Below are positions 44,528-56,192 of a stretch of DNA of 64,000 nucleotides, one piece after another (positions within the stretch are counted from its first letter, which is position 1; every line of letters begins with the position of its first letter). The translations under genes and the position numbers were made by a program. The notes beneath the pieces were generated by a model. It was not told the origin of the DNA. It saw only the letters and a list, made by a program, of their open reading frames with translations, and made no database searches. Source of the DNA: Dudresnaya verticillata (Eukaryota). The DNA lies in assembly GCA_977862235.1 (NCBI GenBank), contig OZ374561.1, positions 1,798,001 through 1,862,000 of the forward strand, written 5' to 3'.

Positions 44528-45560
44528 ATGACCCTTCTACGCACCCTTCTGTTCGTGGCTGCTTTAGCCATCATTGCAACCCGTCATATTGCTATCGCAC
44601 AGGATGATTTGGGACAGCTTCTGCTGCAAGCCTTTACACAAGGAGTCTTCACCGGAAATGCCGAACAAAGCCCGTCCCCCACGAATACTCCTAGGCCGAT
44701 GCCGAGCGAGGAAGTTATTGTGCCTTCAATTGAACCCATAGTCTTCAGCCCCGAGCCCAGCCAAGATGTGCTGGCAGAAAATGGAGTGTCTGCCGAGCCC
44801 AGTCCCGAAAGTAGCTCTGAGTTTATGCCGGAAGAAAGTCCCGACGACTTCTACCCTAGCCCGATGCCTAGTCTTAGCCCTGAAGACATTCTTCTCCTCG
44901 GCTCTCCCGAAATTCTTCCGTCTCTGTCTCCAGAGGAGGCAAGCAGCGAACCTTCTGAGGAGCCAGAAGATAGAGGCCCAGTTGATGGGGTACTGACTGT
45001 GTACACGCCAGTTCGGGTTAACTGTGGTAGTTTTGATGACCGCAACACCTTCAGCAAAGATACCGAAGACAGGTACAATTCTGACCTGGTCTTGGACGAT
45101 CCATTCGCTGCTGCGCAATTCTTGAACCCGGCAGAAGCTCTATTATATTCCACATTCCGGTACGCAACCGGAAATCTTACATACACTGTACCTGTTGTGG
45201 CAAGAGGAGTATGGAGGGTTACGCTCCAGTGGGCTGAAATCATGCCAGATATTCGCGGGGGAGATCGAACATTCACAGTAAGTGTCAAAAGTCCTGCGTC
45301 TCCTTGCACTGTTCACGTACCCTGATACTAACAAGCTCTCTCATATTGTGAACAACCAGGTATTTCTCAACGGGAAGCAATTTGAGGACGATGTTGATGT
45401 ATACCGAGATTCACCTTTCAACAAGTTTTCGCCACTCGTTCGAACGTATGACATTGATGTGTATGAAGAAGTTGTGAACATCTTGATCGGCAAAAAGGTT
45501 GGGGATCCCATGCTCAGCGCCTTCCAAATAACCTATGTAAGCCCCTTCTTAGCTGTGTGA
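44528..45560 (+). CDS. Secreted protein with Pro/Ser/Glu-rich stalk and malectin-like domain; exons 44528-45277 and 45360-45560
   Basis: Signal peptide, SPE repeats, LYSTFRY..LTYTVPV..VTLQWAEI..RTFTVFLNG..DPMLSAFQI. Intron GTAAGT..TACTAAC..CAG at 45278-45359. Confidence 0.85.
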
Positions 45561-45902
45561 AGATATAGCATTGTAGAACAGTGAGGCAACTTGTACATAA
45601 CATCTATATGTAAAGCAGTTTTGCCCATTTCGAGTGTGGAAGGTTACTTGCAGCTTGCGTGGGCTTTCAAATGGTTTGTAGGGCTGCGAAGATCTGGAAT
45701 AGGGCTCTAGTTGAAGTTACACAGAGAGAAACTAGGGCTTTCTGCTGGACATGGTTGCACTGAGCTTCGCGCATGTACACTCTTTGTCTACGAGCAGACT
45801 CATGAAGCGGTTCACAACGCATAGAGCACAGAGTTTTCTGCTTGTTAAGGCCAAAAATTCGTTTACGCAATGAGCCCCGCTACAAGAATGCCCTGCGACA
45901 AT

Positions 45903-47402
45903 CTAGAACAAGTTAGTGTACGTGCGGCGACGGAAGAAGTTGTAGTCTGGGAGTGAGTGGATGGGACCCATAGCAGTGATGGCGATCTCGCGGTCAAAAA
46001 TGTACTTGTTCGAAATACGTTTGATCGCTTCTGCGTCAACAGCGTCGATGCGCGCAAACCATTCTGACACCGGGATACGGCGCCCGTACACGAGCATTTG
46101 CCGACCAATCTCCTCTGCCACACCCGTGGGCCCGTCAAGTTGAGCCAGCAAGCTCGTCTTAAGAGCAGTCTTCGCATTCTCCAGCTGCTGAGCATCCACC
46201 TTGAAACAGTTGCGGACAAGCTCGTCAAGGACGGGAACGACAATATCGTCTAGCTCCGTAGGGTCCGCGGTTGCGTAGATTCCAAAGAGACCAGTGTCAG
46301 TATACGTGGTATTGAAGGTCGTAGCTGTCTTCGCTTGCGGGACTTCTTCCAGTCTCTTGGAAAGGCGGTATGAACTACTCCCAGCAGTGGTTGAAGCCCG
46401 ATCGAAGGAGCCCATTAGAGACTGCAGCACCATGAAGGATACAGCATCCGGATGTGCCCAACCGCAACTCTCGAATGCAAACGCGAAGTGAGCAACGGGC
46501 ATATCGTCGTTGCGGATACGCACATCCGAGCCCACTAAGTAGGCCGGCTTCTCGGAAACTAGGTCCATGGAACTGACCGGATTCGGATCCGCCGGCATTG
46601 ATCCGAAGTGAGACGTAGCGAGCGCAACAATCTCATCATGATCAACGTCACCAGCCGCCGCGAGCACCATGCGGTGCGGTTTGTAGTGCTCCGCAATGTA
46701 TGATTTGAGATCTGTGGGCTTGAGAGACTTGATGTTCTCCACGGGACCCAGAATTGTCCTCGCCAGCGGGGAGTCCTGGTATGCAGTGCCGTGGAGGTAA
46801 TCGAAGACGACTTCCTCCTGGATCTGATCGATCTCCTCCATTTCGCGCAGAATGACATCACGCTCGCGGTCGACAGCGGCATTGGAGATCTCCGAGTTTT
46901 GCAAGATATCCGCAAGCAGCTCGGTCATTGCGGGAACATCGGCCTTGAGAGAGCGGGCGTAATACACGGTTTGCTCGCGGCTGGTGTACGCGTTGAGATG
47001 AGCGCCGACATTCTCGACGCCGATCTCCAAGTCGCGTTGGGCACGATTCTTCGTACCCTTGAAGATGAGGTGTTCAAGGAAATGGGCAGTGCCGTTGACG
47101 GGGCCAGCCTCGAAGCGGGTGCCAGCGTCAATCCATACACCAACGACGGCGGCACCGACCGGACGAGTCTCCGTGGCGACGCGCAGACCGTTCGGGAGGA
47201 CCGTGACTTGGGTCGGAACCTCGCGAAGCAAGCCTGGGTCGAGCTGGTAGTTCGGGGGGAGTGGATCGGCATTCGGGCCCAGAGCGCGCTTCAGCGTGCC
47301 TACCACGCCAGACGCTGCTGGGGTCGATGTACCCGATGCCAGAGCTGGTGCCGTAGAAAGGGCGCGGCGCAGAACGCGAAGGCTCTGAATGGAGGCCTTC
47401 AT
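45903..47402 (-). CDS. MPPB: Mitochondrial processing peptidase beta subunit (M16)
   Basis: GTAHFLEH zinc motif, LNAYTSREQT, Arg-rich presequence from ATG 47402. Confidence 0.95.
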   Translation of the reverse strand: MKASIQSLRVLRRALSTAPALASGTSTPAASGVVGTLKRALGPNADPLPPNYQLDPGLLREVPTQVTVLPNGLRVATETRPVGAAVVGVWIDAGTRFEAGPVNGTAHFLEHLIFKGTKNRAQRDLEIGVENVGAHLNAYTSREQTVYYARSLKADVPAMTELLADILQNSEISNAAVDRERDVILREMEEIDQIQEEVVFDYLHGTAYQDSPLARTILGPVENIKSLKPTDLKSYIAEHYKPHRMVLAAAGDVDHDEIVALATSHFGSMPADPNPVSSMDLVSEKPAYLVGSDVRIRNDDMPVAHFAFAFESCGWAHPDAVSFMVLQSLMGSFDRASTTAGSSSYRLSKRLEEVPQAKTATTFNTTYTDTGLFGIYATADPTELDDIVVPVLDELVRNCFKVDAQQLENAKTALKTSLLAQLDGPTGVAEEIGRQMLVYGRRIPVSEWFARIDAVDAEAIKRISNKYIFDREIAITAMGPIHSLPDYNFFRRRTYTNLF

Positions 47403-48187
47403 TGCGGAGGAGGGGTTGCACAGGCGATCGGATCGCCGCAAAGAGGCTGAGCGATAGGATGAGTTCGGGTGGGGGAAGTGTTGCAATAGGCCTCGGGTTC
47501 CTGTTGGCAGCGGTGATGATGCAGGGTCTGTTCCGGTCTGACATCGAAACTGAAACTATTTTGAAATGATTTGAAACTATTTGGAAATGTTTCAGAAAGT
47601 GTAGTACATGTAGGATCTCATGCTTTTGAGCATTTCCCAATCCATTTCCGGCATTCCGCCCCGGAACGTGAGGCTGGACGCTTTTCCGACTCGATACAAG
47701 AACAGAGCTCTCGAGAGCGAATCACTTCAAGCGCTTCCCCCACGGCGCATTCCTTCGCCTTCCGCCGCCTCGCTCTCGCTCATCCCCTTCGGAGGTCCAA
47801 CCACGCCCCTCGCTGGCGCAGAGCAACCGCTGCCGGCATCGCGTCGCTTGTCCTAACCCCAACGTCTTTTCACCACCTCAACCCGCCTCGCCGTCGTGCA
47901 CAAACCCACGCGCCTAACCTGGCACGCTCCTCGCCGTCGCAGCTCGGGTCGTCGCCGCCCGCTGTGCGGGCGCGTCGCGCCGTTCGCGGACCGTCGCCGT
48001 TACCCAGAGTGAGAGCCGCCGCGAGACCCACCAGTCCGCGCACCTGGACGCGCTGGCGACCCACCCCGAGCCGCGCGCCAAGCGCGCCTCCTCAGTCATT
48101 CATACAGACTTTTTCGTTGCTGAGATCCGAGCCCTCGGCCTCGCTCAGGGTGGCCCATCCGCTTCGCTCACATGGCACTGTTTGGCC

Positions 48188-48562
48188 ATGACCGAGTTGC
48201 TAGCAGACCCTTCTCATCTTGTTGTTGTTACCGAAAACCGTCCGCAGCAAGGCGGGAAGACTATGCATCATGCCCGTATGGAGCGGTGGGAGTGCGACAG
48301 CGACGATGATAAGCGGATACGAGACACCATTAGCGAGACGGAAGCGCTGCGGGAGGAACAGAGGAGCCAAATTGTAGAGCTGCAAAAGCGCCTGAACAAA
48401 GCTGAAGTGGAAGCAGTGGAGGCAAAGCGCCTTGCAGAACAGAAGGATAAGGATATTACCAACCTCAAGGTCCAGCTTGAAGAAGCCACTGCTGCGGTCA
48501 AGGATCTTTTGGAGACCACCAAGGAACAGGAGGAGACGATTGAAAGGCTTTCGTCAGCTTGA
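48188..48562 (+). CDS. Small coiled-coil protein
   Basis: Heptad-rich ORF (LREEQRSQIVELQKRLNKAE...); start codon uncertain. Confidence 0.55.
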   Translation: MTELLADPSHLVVVTENRPQQGGKTMHHARMERWECDSDDDKRIRDTISETEALREEQRSQIVELQKRLNKAEVEAVEAKRLAEQKDKDITNLKVQLEEATAAVKDLLETTKEQEETIERLSSA

Positions 48563-49805
48563 TAATGATTTGCGCCTGTTGTTTTCTGGGCTAGGTCGGG
48601 AGTGGGGAAAGCATATTCTTCGACGTACGCCTTAGCTTTCGGACGTAAGGCATGATGCAGCTTGTAAGAGCTAGGCCGTTAGCGCTCATTATTTCTTTTA
48701 GGCCATAACGCCATTGTCGGCAGTCGACTAACGCGAGCCCAACTGCTCTCAGCAGCTCTTTTCGGATCAATTATATGCTGTGTTGGGTTGAACTCATATT
48801 GGACGACGAAGTGGATGGCCCAAGGTGCATTGGGACTATTCAGAAAATGTCAGTAAAACCTCTATCCCATGGCTTCAGTCGAGAGCTACTAGCTTTTCAA
48901 CTGGTAATCTTATAGCGACAGCGAACACGTGCCGTTCACTCGCTTCTGTGAAAGACGATTAATGCTTATGGGAGAAAGAAGATCCACTATTCATTCGACT
49001 GGTCGGATCTGATTCAGTAGGATATTCAAGCGCATTCCTCCATTACCCCATTTTGTAACTGAGAGTGGCTCACGCTGTCCCAATGCGCCGCCTGTTCAGC
49101 ACTTCTGTACGTTCTGCGTCTCGTAACGTGCAGCATTTCCAAGAACCACGTCACTTCTGCGCCGCAAGAGATATGTCTATGAAACCCTCTGCTTTTTTGT
49201 AGCTTTGTCGCTTCATTTCATTTCGCTGGGTATTGCCCACCTACGATCCGTTCAAAAGGACGTTTGGCGCCAGTACTAGCATCTTCTCTGCATTTACGAA
49301 GTCGATGTTCAGCGAACATTCCATTAGCGTGCGCCCGCCGGTCCAGACTTCAATTTGTTGCTTTCGAGAATTTAAGCAGCATAGAATTTAAGCTGCACGG
49401 AACAGTACTTCCCGTCTGCCGAACAAGAACTCTAATAGACTTATTCTCCGTCAGTATAAAGGATCTTCGAGGGGCACGGGAAGATAACAAAGATTTCCAA
49501 CCCAACTGTAGTCAACCTTCGCGACGTCAGGGGAAAAGAGTCCACAGTAATGCGCTTTTCCCGCAGCCCGTGCTTGTTGAAATGATTGATTGAGCACAGT
49601 TTTTGTGAAGTCAATTCAAAAAAGGGATGAAAGTTGGAAAATATTCTGTTTTTTGCCAAACTTGGTGTAAGTGCCAGCATGCCTTTTCCAAGCCCAGCAA
49701 CTTTCCTACATCGCAGAGGAGGCGCATTGTGCAGCAATTTCAAAGAACGCTCCTCAGCCGTGGGCGTTCGCCAAGAAGTCTCTGGTTAGGCGAGTAGTCA
49801 GCAAG

Positions 49806-50369
49806 ATGCAGGGACTATCTGGAGTGCAGCAGCCGTTGGTGAAGGCGGTGGTGGTTATCAATCACGAAGGGAAGCGGATCTGCTCGCGGTTCTGCGATCG
49901 AGCGGAATGGAGCGACCAGGAGAGCCAGCGGAGCTTCGAAATGAGCCTTCTACGGAAGGTGCAAGCGATGGGGGACGTCTCAGATAGCGTGGACGTGATG
50001 GAGTTCAAGAACTATGTGGTGGCGTACAAGCAGGCGGACGACCTGTTCATGTTTGTGGTTGGCGGGGTGCACGAGAACGAGCTGATCATTGCGGAAGTTT
50101 TGCAGGCGCTCGATGAGACTCTCAATATCGCGATGAGAGGGCAAGTTTTTGAGGAGGCCGTGCTGGAGAACCTTGAGAGCATGCTTCTGGTGGTGGATGA
50201 GCTGGTAGATCAGGAGGGTGTTATTATGGAGAGCGAGCCAGCGGAACTTGCGGCCCGAGTCGGACAGCACGGCGGATCGTTTATGGACCAGGTACCGCTT
50301 GGAGAACAAACGCTTGGGCAGGCTCTACAGACGGCGCGGGATCAGATTACTAGATCCATTCTAAGCTAA
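49806..50369 (+). CDS. COPZ: Coatomer subunit zeta
   Basis: VKAVVVINHEGKRI..FE..DLFMFVVG..ENELII..LENL..VDELVD.GVIME..EQTLGQALQTARDQITRS. Confidence 0.92.
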   Translation: MQGLSGVQQPLVKAVVVINHEGKRICSRFCDRAEWSDQESQRSFEMSLLRKVQAMGDVSDSVDVMEFKNYVVAYKQADDLFMFVVGGVHENELIIAEVLQALDETLNIAMRGQVFEEAVLENLESMLLVVDELVDQEGVIMESEPAELAARVGQHGGSFMDQVPLGEQTLGQALQTARDQITRSILS

Positions 50370-51238
50370 TCGGGTCAGGGGCTGAACCGGGCGCTGGGAG
50401 AATGACTGGTTTGACTGCTATTGTAAAGAGCTAAAGGATTTTGTTGCAATGCTCTGGCACCATCCATGCGCACTTCAATGAAAAACAGTCTGCGCAGAGC
50501 CTTTCTAGTTTGTCGTGGCGAGGGCGCCCGTCGGAACATCTCCATGCATCATGCAATTGGCGCATTTTGTCAGACCGTTTACAGTTTCGCGTGCGTAGCT
50601 TGTGACTCGGCGAGGGTAAGCTTCTGCGAGATCCGTACGACACCGAAAGTGTTATACCGGAAATGCTACTTAGGGGTGCTACTATTCTGCTGACCGCCAG
50701 TCCTTTTGTTTCCTCACAGTAAGGCCTTGTGTTGCTAACTGAAGCCCACTAACTCAAGCTCTCCAGACTTTTCTTTTCTTACCAACTGGAAGGCCTGTGA
50801 CGTTCGATGGCATTCGTAGCGCTTGCGCAGTGCTGGAGCAAATGGCATAGATGATCCGTTGCCGAACATGTACGTGGGTCAGCCCAGGGGTAGTGGATTT
50901 GCTCCTGGCAAACCACAGCGCGATGCGTTTTCATGAAGCTTGTGTCGTGCTGGCGTTCGGTGCGCCGAGCATGTCAGAAGTGAGTAACAAGAACGTCCCA
51001 CTTACCTCTAGCAACGCATCCCATGCTTTCAATGTGAAGCACCGTCCTCGACTTCTTTCGAACATTCTCAGTTTGTCCTTGTTTTGAGGCAGGCTTCGGA
51101 ACTGTATTTTCTAAGCAAAGTGGTTCCGATGCTTACAGACTTACAGCGGCTCTTCTCTTCCCACCATTGTTGGGAACCCTATAAATACCGTTAGAATGCC
51201 TCCCTACGTCAACAGGCAATCCTGGTATGCAGGAAAGC

Positions 51239-51310
51239 GTCCGCTTGGTCTAGTGGTATGATTCATCCTTAGGGTGGATGAGGTCGGGAGTTCGATTCTC
51301 CCAGCGGACC
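51239..51310 (+). tRNA. tRNA-Pro(AGG)
   Basis: GTCCGCT/AGCGGAC acceptor, CATCC-TTAGGGT-GGATG anticodon arm, GGGAG-TTCGATT-CTCCC T-arm, T-run terminator, TATAAATA at ~51180. Confidence 0.95.
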
Positions 51311-51475
51311 TTCGAATTTTTTTTTCAATGATCACGTGGGGAAATTCCAGCTCCCTACTTCCGTCCTTCTGTTGATCCTCACAACTTAGATCCCTTCGCC
51401 CTGTGTCCGAGCGACCTACAGTACCTTCGAAGGGTTACCGCACGGTTCACACTTCACTACCCGGAAGGTGTTTGC

Positions 51476-53053
51476 ATGACTGCCACACGCACCGCCTTCC
51501 TGCTCGCCATGTCCCCTCGCCCACGCTCGCCTCCCGCAGTCACTCCGCGACGAAGCAAGCGGCTCCGCAGTACCACCGCCCGGGCAGCAAAAGCACCTCC
51601 GTCTCCCACTTCGTCTTCCGCCAGCGCGCCCTCCGCCGCCGACGCAGACTTCTCCCCAGCAACCCCTTCGTCCACCCCAAACTCCCCAGCGTCCACCACA
51701 CCACCCCCAACGCCTCCACCGCGCCGCCAGCCTCGTGCACGCCTCCCGAAGCCAGCCCTCTCCGCCATCAAGCCCTCCACCAGCACCAGCACGACCTTCA
51801 CGCCACCTCAACTGGTCTCCCTGCGCACAGCGCTGCTGAAGTGGTACAAGGCCAACCACCGCTCGCTGCCATGGCGCGCCGAACCAACCTACAATAATCC
51901 TTCCCCATGCCCCGACGCATCCGCGCTGCCACACAATGCCCCAGGTGCGCCATACGCAGTCTGGATCTCGGAGGTCATGTCGCAACAGACCCGCCTATCC
52001 GTCACCGTGTCGTACTTCGAGCGCTGGATGGAATCGTTCCCAACGCCATCCGCCCTGGCTCTTGCCCCGTTGGAGCACGTGAACACCCACTGGGCCGGGC
52101 TAGGCTACTACCGCCGCGCGAAACATCTGCACGAGGCCGCACAAGCTGTCGTGTCACGTCACAACGGACGTCTTCCGACGACTTTGGCAGATCTGCAGGC
52201 CCTACCGGGCGTAGGCCGGTACACAGCCGCCGCCATCGCGTCCATCTCGTTTGGAATCCGCGCCGGACTCGTTGATGGCAATGTCCAGCGCGTGCTCGCT
52301 CGCCTCCTGCCCGCGCTGACCGCACCTCCGTCTGTGCTATCAGAGAAGCCCAGGCTTCCCAATGCGTACTGGGAACTCGCGCAGATGCTCATCGAAGAGT
52401 GCGAGCATCCGGCGGATCTCAACCAAGCTCTGATGGAGCTTGGGGCGACTGTCTGCACCCCCCGGGCCCCACGATGTCAAGAGTGTCCTGTTCGCGCAGA
52501 ATGCGGAGCGTGGGACGAGGCATTCGCTGCTGGCATAGACGATGTGCCACAGTTTGTCACGCGGTACCCCGCGAAGAGCGTCAAGAAAGCTGTGAAGGTG
52601 CGAGATGAGGCGGTTGCGGTTGTTGTGTTGTGTCTGTGCACGCACAAGGGGCACAAGTTTTGGCTACAGCAGCGGCGAGGGGACGGCTTGCTTGCTGGTC
52701 TTTGGGAGGCCCCTAACACGGTGGTAAACGATGCGGTAGATGCTGCTGCCGACAAAGTCGAGAAGGACCTGTTGGGTTTGTTTGGGGATAGTGCATCGGT
52801 AAGATTTAAAGTTGAGGTTGGAGAGGTGCGGCACGTATTTTCGCATATACGTCAAACGCTCCACATCCGTTTGCTCGTCATACACGGAAAGAACGATGAG
52901 ACTGCATTGTCTCAAGATGGTGTTACTAACCTAGACACCCCATTTCGGTGGATGTCCCGAGCTGAAATCGGCTGTGCAGCAGTTTCGACACAGATGAAGA
53001 AGGTTTTCGCCGCTGCCTTCAGAAAGCTGCCCAACGCTACGCGGTTACGGTGA
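51476..53053 (+). CDS. MUTYH: A/G-specific adenine DNA glycosylase
   Basis: RSLPWR, VWISEVMSQQT, WAGLGYYRRA, LPGVGRYTA, VDGNV, Fe-S loop CTPRAPRCQECPVRAEC, HVFSH. Confidence 0.95.
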   Translation: MTATRTAFLLAMSPRPRSPPAVTPRRSKRLRSTTARAAKAPPSPTSSSASAPSAADADFSPATPSSTPNSPASTTPPPTPPPRRQPRARLPKPALSAIKPSTSTSTTFTPPQLVSLRTALLKWYKANHRSLPWRAEPTYNNPSPCPDASALPHNAPGAPYAVWISEVMSQQTRLSVTVSYFERWMESFPTPSALALAPLEHVNTHWAGLGYYRRAKHLHEAAQAVVSRHNGRLPTTLADLQALPGVGRYTAAAIASISFGIRAGLVDGNVQRVLARLLPALTAPPSVLSEKPRLPNAYWELAQMLIEECEHPADLNQALMELGATVCTPRAPRCQECPVRAECGAWDEAFAAGIDDVPQFVTRYPAKSVKKAVKVRDEAVAVVVLCLCTHKGHKFWLQQRRGDGLLAGLWEAPNTVVNDAVDAAADKVEKDLLGLFGDSASVRFKVEVGEVRHVFSHIRQTLHIRLLVIHGKNDETALSQDGVTNLDTPFRWMSRAEIGCAAVSTQMKKVFAAAFRKLPNATRLR

Positions 53054-56000
53054 TGCCCGCTCGTCCAGAGAGATAGGCCCATTGCCTGTAAATTTTGCCA
53101 CAGAGGTAGACCAGACGATTGTGACCCAATGTGCAATCCTCTATATTCTCAGACTGGTGTGATCTAGTTTCTCTGTTAGACAACTAGTTGAGTAGCAGGC
53201 AGCTGGATTCCATCTCAGGATCTCTGCCCAAGCGGCTTTGCGAAGAGCGCACGCTTGTCAAGGTAATGTAGAATCCTACCCGGTGGCGTGCGACGTAAAT
53301 GTAATAGTTTTTCTCATCCGCTGTGTTGAAGACAATACTTTTCAAGTACGAGAAATTGTAGAGCCGAAAGCAGCACGTTCTTGTCGCTCTGGAAGAACGG
53401 GATACCGCTGCGCAAGAAAAATAGCAGAACGGTATGTTAGGATGTACCAGTCCTGGGAATAAGGCAACATCAACCTAGCACACTGCCTACTGACACTACT
53501 AAAGGAAACACATCTAGAGCTGTAATCTCCGGCAATTGGAACTGTCCGTGCGAATCGATCCACTCAGCACCTGTGCGTCTTGATTAGGAAATAAAGCAGT
53601 TTAACATATTTGTCGGTTGGAGATTCCCATCTCGTTCCTCATATTCCTTTAGGGGATGAATATTTGACCCGTCGACAAGAAAGCATCACCCACCTGCTGC
53701 AGCTGTCACTGTTCCATGGCAAATGTTCAATTTTGCTGCATTCCAACGGAACAAGGCAGATCTGTGAGCTGGAGAAATTTTTTGCGGCTGATCAACTGCA
53801 GCATAGTTTCCTTTTATGGGGGGAGCGAGTGAGAGGATAATTGAACTGACTCTGGTGAAAAGTGAAGTCTTTGAATCCACTGTGAGTAAATACGTGTCAG
53901 AAGACAAGTTCACGTGGAAATGCTGGCTGGAAGGAAATGTCTTGCCTGTACACAACGAAAGCGTTTATCACATAATATTTGTCCTCACACGTGAGTTGAA
54001 GCTTTAGTTTCAAGATACTCAGTGCGAAAACGGAATACCTTCGATACTCAGAAGTAAGTTATCCGTTCTGCGCAGCAAAGCTCAAGAAGTTCAAAATGTT
54101 CAAGAACTTCAAAGTTGACATCAAGAGTGGGTATGGACCACCCGTTCGAAAGTCCACAAGCCTTTCGGCACCGGACGACTGGACGATTGAGCATATTGCT
54201 GAAGATAGGCGCGAGTCCCATCGTTACTCGCTTGGCCCGAAACCTGGGTTAGAGTCTATCCTGTTGGATAGGCCTCCACAGGGGATTGAGGGCTTGTTCC
54301 GTGCGAAGAGCCATCCCTCAGCCAAGCCAACCACCTCTATGAAGACGACACCAGCGAGGACATCATCAGATGAAGAACTTCGCGGATGCAAGAAAACCGG
54401 AACAAAAGATGCGGATACGAATGTGCCTGTGCAGGAGCGAGGGCGTATTGAGGAAAACGAAAAAGGGCCATGTCCTGATGATCTGATGGAGCCTTTGACC
54501 AACGAGAGCGGCTTTTTCGAATCGACCAAAGGTGAATGAGCAAGGGTTTGGGGAGGATTTCGTTGAACAAAGAGAGGAGTTGACTTGGAATGTAGTCATA
54601 TTTATTGGAAATGAACTCAATATATGATGAGGCAAGGATGCCCTCGAAACAGATAGCAAAATATCTGCAATACCGGAAGAAGCGGTTGGCAAGCTGTAAA
54701 GGTAGTGCTGGAGATGCAAATGGAACAATTCAGGAGCAAATCGATTTGTTCACAAGTATCCTTCGTAGCCTACGAATCGTAGGCTGAGTACGTTGAACTC
54801 TAAAATGAAGACCATCATCAGAATGATGAAGATGAGTTTGAAAAGAGCTACGATCTTGGATGTTGTGTTCATTCTGCGTATCCGTATCTTAAGCATTTGC
54901 AGGACAGAGTCGGCTCCAGTTCCAGACGGCGATGCTGACAGTCGTGGCTAGCAGAGTGTGAAACTGAGGACGAAATTGTTATTGGAATCGCCGATAGTTT
55001 TGTGCGAGTGCGGGGTCGGGTTGTGGGTTATGCAGTTCTCGGCAGTGCGCGAAACATGAATGGCATTCTCCTGGGACAAGTGGCGAGAAAAGGAAGCGGT
55101 GGGCATTGCGGTTTGCGGCATACAGTGAAATAGCGTTTAACTTGTATACTGAGGCTTAATTTCGAAGTCGCAGTACCCTAAATGTGCTTATCTCAGACTG
55201 TTCAACTGGACCAAAGCACTCTGGTTTTTGTCTGGACAAGACGGTTACAGCTTCGCTAGGTTGAGTGGTGGAGATTCGCGAAATATGTACCTTTGTATCG
55301 CTAGACTGCTTGGTTTGAACCGAGATTGTGTTATGGGGTTGTTCTTATGCATAGGAGTGCGCAATGGGACTGGTAACTTGCTTGAAGAAGTAGTCGAACA
55401 TGATGTTACTGCCGAGCTGAAGGTAGAACGCCGAGCTGAATGGCCATCCGGTGCATTTATTGACGAAAGCTCGAGACGCCTGGTGAGCATTAGGAGCACT
55501 GGTGCGGTGCGTGACATACCGCTGTACGGATGCTCCACCAATTGTAAATTGACGGAAAAAAAATGAGGGAAAAGTTGGCGACTTCTCTCCGAAGGCCATG
55601 ACGCGATGTCGGACACAGCGAATCGGCGCACGGTGATGATTTGGCAGAACGCCGCGGGCCGTGGACGGGCATGTGCGCTTTCTGCAGACACTTCCCTGCA
55701 ATCGCGTATGGCGCTTGCGCGGCGGACAGTGGGCCGGATGGTGGGCCGCGCCCGCACCGACACCGACGCTAGCACTGGCGCGCCGTCTCTTCCGAAGGCG
55801 CGATGACTTGGATGCATCCGACCCGCCTCCCCGCCGTCCGAGCCAGCGCGCCACGCGCGGCGCACAACCGTGCCCACACGCGCCCGTGTGACGCAATCCT
55901 GCGCGCGCCAGACGTCATCTCGCGACGCAACGCCGACGCTTGTACGCTGCGACACGCGCGCCACATCACCTTGGCCATGCGCCATACCGGGGGCCCGCAC

Positions 56001-56192
56001 TTCGGCCACCCTAGCGCCGCCCCCACCATAAGACCGACCCCCGCGTCGCTCGGCCCTCCCCGTTCCCCGTTCCTCGTCCCTCGTTCACCAGCCCCCTAAA
56101 CTCTTCGCGACCCCCCTGCGTCGTTCGCGCTCACCCGCCCCCATCCCTTCCCTCGCCCCGGGTGCCCACCCACGATCTTCCCTCTCAATACC

